Made by a program: the position numbers and the translations under genes
Assembly (NCBI GenBank): GCA_032718475.1
Contig: JAUCBJ010006714.1
Location: 62,001 to 126,000, forward strand
Source of the DNA: Nemertoderma westbladi
Taxonomy: Eukaryota; Animalia; Xenacoelomorpha
Length of the DNA stretch: 64,000 nucleotides
Reading direction: 5' to 3'
Part shown: in pieces, positions 59,001-64,000 of the stretch
How the letters are laid out: every line of letters starts with the position of its first letter
How positions within the stretch are numbered: position 1 is the first letter of the stretch
Notes under the pieces: generated by a model
What the model was told of the DNA's origin: nothing
The model's database searches: none
The model's input: only the letters and a program-made list of their open reading frames with translations

Positions 59001-59689
59001 TAATGTAACAACGTCTACGCGTTTTAGTTTTAGCCACTATCCGTAATGTAACAACGTCTACGCGTTTTAGTTTTAGCCACTATCCGTAATGTAACAACAT
59101 CTACGCGTTTTAGTTTTAGCCACTATCCGTAATGTAACAACATCTACGCGTTTTAGTTTTAGCCACTATCCGTAATGTCACAACGTCTACGCGTTTTAGT
59201 TTTAGCCACTATCCGTAATGTAACAACGTCTACGCGTTTTAGTTTTAGCCACTAACCGTAATGTCACAACGTCTACGCGTTTTAGTTTTAGCCACTATCC
59301 GTAATGTAACAACATCTACGCGTTTTAGTTTTAGCCACTAACCGTAATGTAACAACGTCTACGCGTTTTAGTTTTAGCCACTAACCGTAATGTCACAACG
59401 TCTACGCGTTTTAGTTTTAGCCACTATCCGTAATGTCACAACGTCTACGCGTTTTAGTTTTAGCCACTATCCGTAATGTCACAACGTCTACGCGTTTTAG
59501 TTTTAGCCACTATCCGTAATGTAACAACGTCTACGCGTTTTAGTTTTAGCCACTAACCGTAATGTCACAACGTCTACGCGTTTTAGTTTTAGCCACTATC
59601 CGTAATGTCACAACGTCTACGCGTTTTAGTTTTAGCCACTATCCGTAATGTAACAACGTCTACGCGTTTTAGTTTTAGCCACTATCCGT

Positions 59690-62600
59690 AATGTAACAAC
59701 ATCTACGTGTTTTAGTTTTAGCCACTATCCGTAATGTAACAACGTCTACGCGTTTTAGTTTTAGCCACTATCCGTAATGTAACAACATCTACGTGTTTTA
59801 GTTTTAGCCACTATCCGTAATGTAACAACATCTACGTGTTTTAGTTTTAGCCACTATCCGTAATGTAACAACGTCTACGTGTTTTAGTTTTAGCCACTAT
59901 CCGTAATGTAACAACATCTACGCGTTTTAGTTTTAGCCACTATCCGTAATGTAACAACATCTACGTGTTTTAGTTTTAGCCACTAACCGTAATGTAACAA
60001 CATCTACGTGTTTTAGTTTTAGCCACTATCCGTAATGTAACAACATCTACGTGTTTTAGTTTTAGCCACTATCCGTAATGTAACAACATCTACGCGTTTT
60101 AGTTTTAGCCACTATCCGTAATGTAACAACATCTACGCGTTTTAGTTTTAGCCACTATCCGTAATGTCCCAACGTCTACGCGTTTTAGTTTTAGCCACTA
60201 TCCGTAATGTAACAACGTCTACGCGTTTTAGTTTTAGCCACTATCCGTAATGTCACAACGTCTACGCGTTTTAGTTTTAGCCACTATCCGTAATGTCACA
60301 ACGTCTACGCGTTTTAGTTTTAGCTACCAACCGTAATGTCACAACGTCTACGCGTTTTAGTTTTAGCCACTATCCGTAATGTAACAACGTCTACGCGTTT
60401 TAGTTTTAGCCACTATCCGTAATGTCACAACGTCTACGCGTTTTAGTTTTAGCTACCAACCGTAATGTCACAACGTCTACGCGTTTTAGTTTTAGCCACT
60501 ATCCGTAATGTAACAACGTCTACGTGTTTTAGTTTTAGCCACTATCCGTAATGTAACAACATCTACGCGTTTTAGTTTTAGCCACCAACCGTAATGTCAC
60601 AACGTTTACGCGTTTTAGTTTTAGCCACTATCCGTAATGTAACAACATCTACGTGTTTTAGTTTTAGCCACTAACCGTAATGTAACAACATCTACGTGTT
60701 TTAGTTTTAGCCACTATCCGTAATGTAACAACATCTACGTGTTTTAGTTTTAGCCACTAACCGTAATGTAACAACATCTACGTGTTTTAGTTTTAGCCAC
60801 TATCCGTAATGTAACAACATCTACGTGTTTTAGTTTTAGCCACTAACCGTAATGTAACAACATCTACGTGTTTTAGTTTTAGCCACTATCCGTAATGTAA
60901 CAACATCTACGTGTTTTAGTTTTAGCCACTATCCGTAATGTAACAACATCTACGTGTTTTAGTTTTAGCCACTATCCGTAATGTAACAACGTCTACGTGT
61001 TTTAGTTTTAGCCACTATCCGTAATGTAACAACATCTACGCGTTTTAGTTTTAGCCACTAACCGTAATGTAACAACGTCTACGCGTTTTAGTTTTAGCCA
61101 CTATCCGTAATGTCACAACGTCTACGCGTTTTAGTTTTAGCCACTATCCGTAATGTAACAACGTCTACGCGTTTTAGTTTTAGCCACTATCCGTAATGTA
61201 ACAACGTCTACGCGTTTTAGTTTTAGCCACTATCCGTAATGTAACAACATCTACGTGTTTTAGTTTTAGCCACTAACCGTAATGTAACAACATCTACGTG
61301 TTTTAGTTTTAGCCACTATCCGTAATGTAACAACATCTACGTGTTTTAGTTTTAGCCACTATCCGTAATGTAACAACATCTACGTGTTTTAGTTTTAGCC
61401 ACTATCCGTAATGTAACAACGTCTACGCGTTTTAGTTTTAGCCACTATCCGTAATGTAACAACATCTACGTGTTTTAGTTTTAGCCACTATCCGTAATGT
61501 AACAACATCTACGTGTTTTAGTTTTAGCCACTATCCGTAATGTAACAACGTCTACGTGTTTTAGTTTTAGCCACTATCCGTAATGTAACAACATCTACGT
61601 GTTTTAGTTTTAGCCACCAACCGTAATGTAACAACGTCTACGCGTTTTAGTTTTAGCCACTATCCGTAATGTAACAACGTCTACGCGTTTTAGTTTTAGC
61701 CACTATCCGTAATGTAACAACGTCTACGCGTTTTAGTTTTAGCCACTATCCGTAATGTAACAACGTCTACGCGTTTTAGTTTTAGCCACTATCCGTAATG
61801 TAACAACATCTACGTGTTTTAGTTTTAGCCACTAACCGTAATGTAACAACATCTACGTGTTTTAGTTTTAGCCACTATCCGTAATGTAACAACGTCTACG
61901 CGTTTTAGTTTTAGCCACTATCCGTAATGTAACAACGTCTACGCGTTTTAGTTTTAGCCACTAACCGTAATGTAACAACGTCTACGCGTTTTAGTTTTAG
62001 CCACTATCCGTAATGTAACAACGTCTACGCGTTTTAGTTTTAGCCACTATCCGTAATGTAACAACATCTACGTGTTTTAGTTTTAGCCACTAACCGTAAT
62101 GTAACAACATCTACGTGTTTTAGTTTTAGCCACTATCCGTAATGTAACAACATCTACGTGTTTTAGTTTTAGCCACTATCCGTAATGTAACAACATCTAC
62201 GTGTTTTAGTTTTAGCCACTATCCGTAATGTAACAACATCTACGTGTTTTAGTTTTAGCCACTATCCGTAATGTAACAACATCTACGTGTTTTAGTTTTA
62301 GCCACTATCCGTAATGTAACAACATCTACGTGTTTTAGTTTTAGCCACTATCCGTAATGTAACAACGTCTACGTGTTTTAGTTTTAGCCACTATCCGTAA
62401 TGTAACAACATCTACGCGTTTTAGTTTTAGCCACTATCCGTAATGTAACAACGTCTACGCGTTTTAGTTTTAGCCACTATCCGTAATGTAACAACATCTA
62501 CGTGTTTTAGTTTTAGCCACTAACCGTAATGTAACAACATCTACGTGTTTTAGTTTTAGCCACTATCCGTAATGTAACAACATCTACGTGTTTTAGTTTT

Positions 62601-63900
62601 AGCCACTATCCGTAATGTAACAACATCTACGTGTTTTAGTTTTAGCCACTATCCGTAATGTAACAACGTCTACGTGTTTTAGTTTTAGCCACTATCCGTA
62701 ATGTAACAACATCTACGCGTTTTAGTTTTAGCCACTATCCGTAATGTAACAACGTCTACGCGTTTTAGTTTTAGCCACTATCCGTAATGTAACAACATCT
62801 ACGTGTTTTAGTTTTAGCCACTAACCGTAATGTAACAACATCTACGTGTTTTAGTTTTAGCCACTATCCGTAATGTAACAACATCTACGTGTTTTAGTTT
62901 TAGCCACTATCCGTAATGTAACAACGTCTACGCGTTTTAGTTTTAGCCACTATCCGTAATGTAACAACATCTACGTGTTTTAGTTTTAGCCACTATCCGT
63001 AATGTAACAACGTCTACGTGTTTTAGTTTTAGCCACTATCCGTAATGTAACAACATCTACGCGTTTTAGTTTTAGCCACTATCCGTAATGTAACAACATC
63101 TACGTGTTTTAGTTTTAGCCACTATCCGTAATGTAACAACGTCAACGCGTTTTAGTTTTAGCCACTATCCGTAATGTAACAACATCTACGTGTTTTAGTT
63201 TTAGCCACTATCCGTAATGTAACAACGTCTACGTGTTTTAGTTTTAGCCACTATCCGTAATGTAACAACATCTACGCGTTTTAGTTTTAGCCACTATCCG
63301 TAATGTAACAACATCTACGTGTTTTAGTTTTAGCCACTATCCGTAATGTAACAACATCTACGTGTTTTAGTTTTAGCCACTATCCGTAATGTAACAACGT
63401 CAACGCGTTTTAGTTTTAGCCACTATCCGTAATGTAACAACATCTACGTGTTTTAGTTTTAGCCACTATCCGTAATGTAACAACGTCTACGTGTTTTAGT
63501 TTTAGCCACTATCCGTAATGTAACAACATCTACGCGTTTTAGTTTTAGCCACTATCCGTAATGTAACAACATCTACGTGTTTTAGTTTTAGCCACTATCC
63601 GTAATGTAACAACATCTACGTGTTTTAGTTTTAGCCACTATCCGTAATGTAACAACGTCTACGTGTTTTAGTTTTAGCCACTATCCGTAATGTAACAACA
63701 TCTACGCGTTTTAGTTTTAGCCACTAACCGTAATGTCACAACGTCTACGTGTTTTAGTTTTAGCCACTATCCGTAATGTAACAACGTCTACGCGTTTTAG
63801 TTTTAGCCACTAACCGTAATGTCACAACGTCTACGTGTTTTAGTTTTAGCCACTAACCGTAATGTCACAACGTCTACGTGTTTTAGTTTTAGCCACTATC
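59690..63900. repeat. Sub-domain enriched in the CTACGTG (MluI-negative) variant, mostly as ACATCTACGTGT
   Basis: ACGTGT is sporadic before 59.7 kb (e.g. 3821, 13580, 18305, 42465) but occurs in a large fraction of monomers afterwards. Confidence 0.85.
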
Positions 63901-64000
63901 CGTAATGTAACAACATCTACGCGTTTTAGTTTTAGCCACTATCCGTAATGTAACAACGTCTACGCGTTTTAGTTTTAGCCACTAACCGTAATGTCACAAC

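Larger units (their letters stand above)
1..64000. repeat. 43-bp satellite/minisatellite tandem array (~1,488 head-to-tail monomers), extending beyond both window ends
   Basis: CACTA recurs at 11 and 54 (43-bp spacing), and line phase repeats every 2580 bp (43x60). Consensus GTTTTAGTTTTAGCCACTATCCGTAATGTAACAACGTCTACGC. Variation is limited to about 11 recurrent positions, and no non-repeat sequence was seen. Confidence 0.99.

Noticed and set aside
1-64000. CRISPR array (GTTTTAG resembles the 5' end of type II-A repeats, GTTTTAGAGC)
   Set aside because: There are no unique spacers. The whole 43-bp unit is repeated with only a few SNP states, there are no cas genes or leader, and the period is too short for repeat plus spacer.
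1-64000. Repetitive protein-coding ORF on either strand
   Set aside because: 43 is not a multiple of 3, and each monomer has several stops on both strands (TAG, TAG, TAA on +; TAG, TAA, TAA on -), so every frame closes within at most three monomers.
1-64000. True telomerase-synthesised telomeric tract
   Set aside because: The unit is longer than the telomeric repeats I know, lacks G-strand bias, and shows kb-scale duplicated variant order typical of recombination-driven satellites.
1-64000. ACGCGT as MluI cell-cycle box (MCB) or other promoter elements
   Set aside because: There is no gene context, and a 6-bp motif amplified with the satellite is not evidence of regulation.
1-64000. Monomer variant order as an encoded message or diversity-generating cassette system
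   Set aside because: The order is explained by nested duplications, conversion and CpG decay. No recombinase, reverse transcriptase or expression locus is present in the window.
1-64000. Rolling-circle or PCR concatemer artefact, or synthetic construct
   Set aside because: Heritable, hierarchically duplicated variants and regional haplotype domains are not expected from amplification of one template. Local mis-assembly cannot be excluded without reads.

Overview
The entire 64 kb window is one uninterrupted, single-orientation tandem array of a 43-bp monomer. The consensus is GTTTTAGTTTTAGCCACTA(T/A)CCGTAATGT(A/C)ACAAC(G/A)TCTACGC, about 40% GC, in about 1,488 copies, and the array runs off both ends of the window. 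I see no genes, RNA genes, transposon insertions, inversions or unique sequence. It looks like eukaryotic satellite DNA from a long-read assembly, but I cannot name the family or organism. The information lies in the order of monomer variants. This order shows: (i) a recent ~12 kb (~280-monomer) tandem duplication (~32.1-44.2 kb and ~44.2-56.1 kb); (ii) nested local higher-order repeats (2-, 3-, 4-, 7-, 9-, 10-, 12-, 16-, 19-, 26- and 47-mers); (iii) spatial domains dominated by particular variant haplotypes; (iv) frequent CpG transitions, suggesting a methylated array; (v) strong length conservation, with 15 visible 1-bp deletions accounting exactly for the phase drift. I found no evidence of a novel protein-coding or CRISPR-like system.
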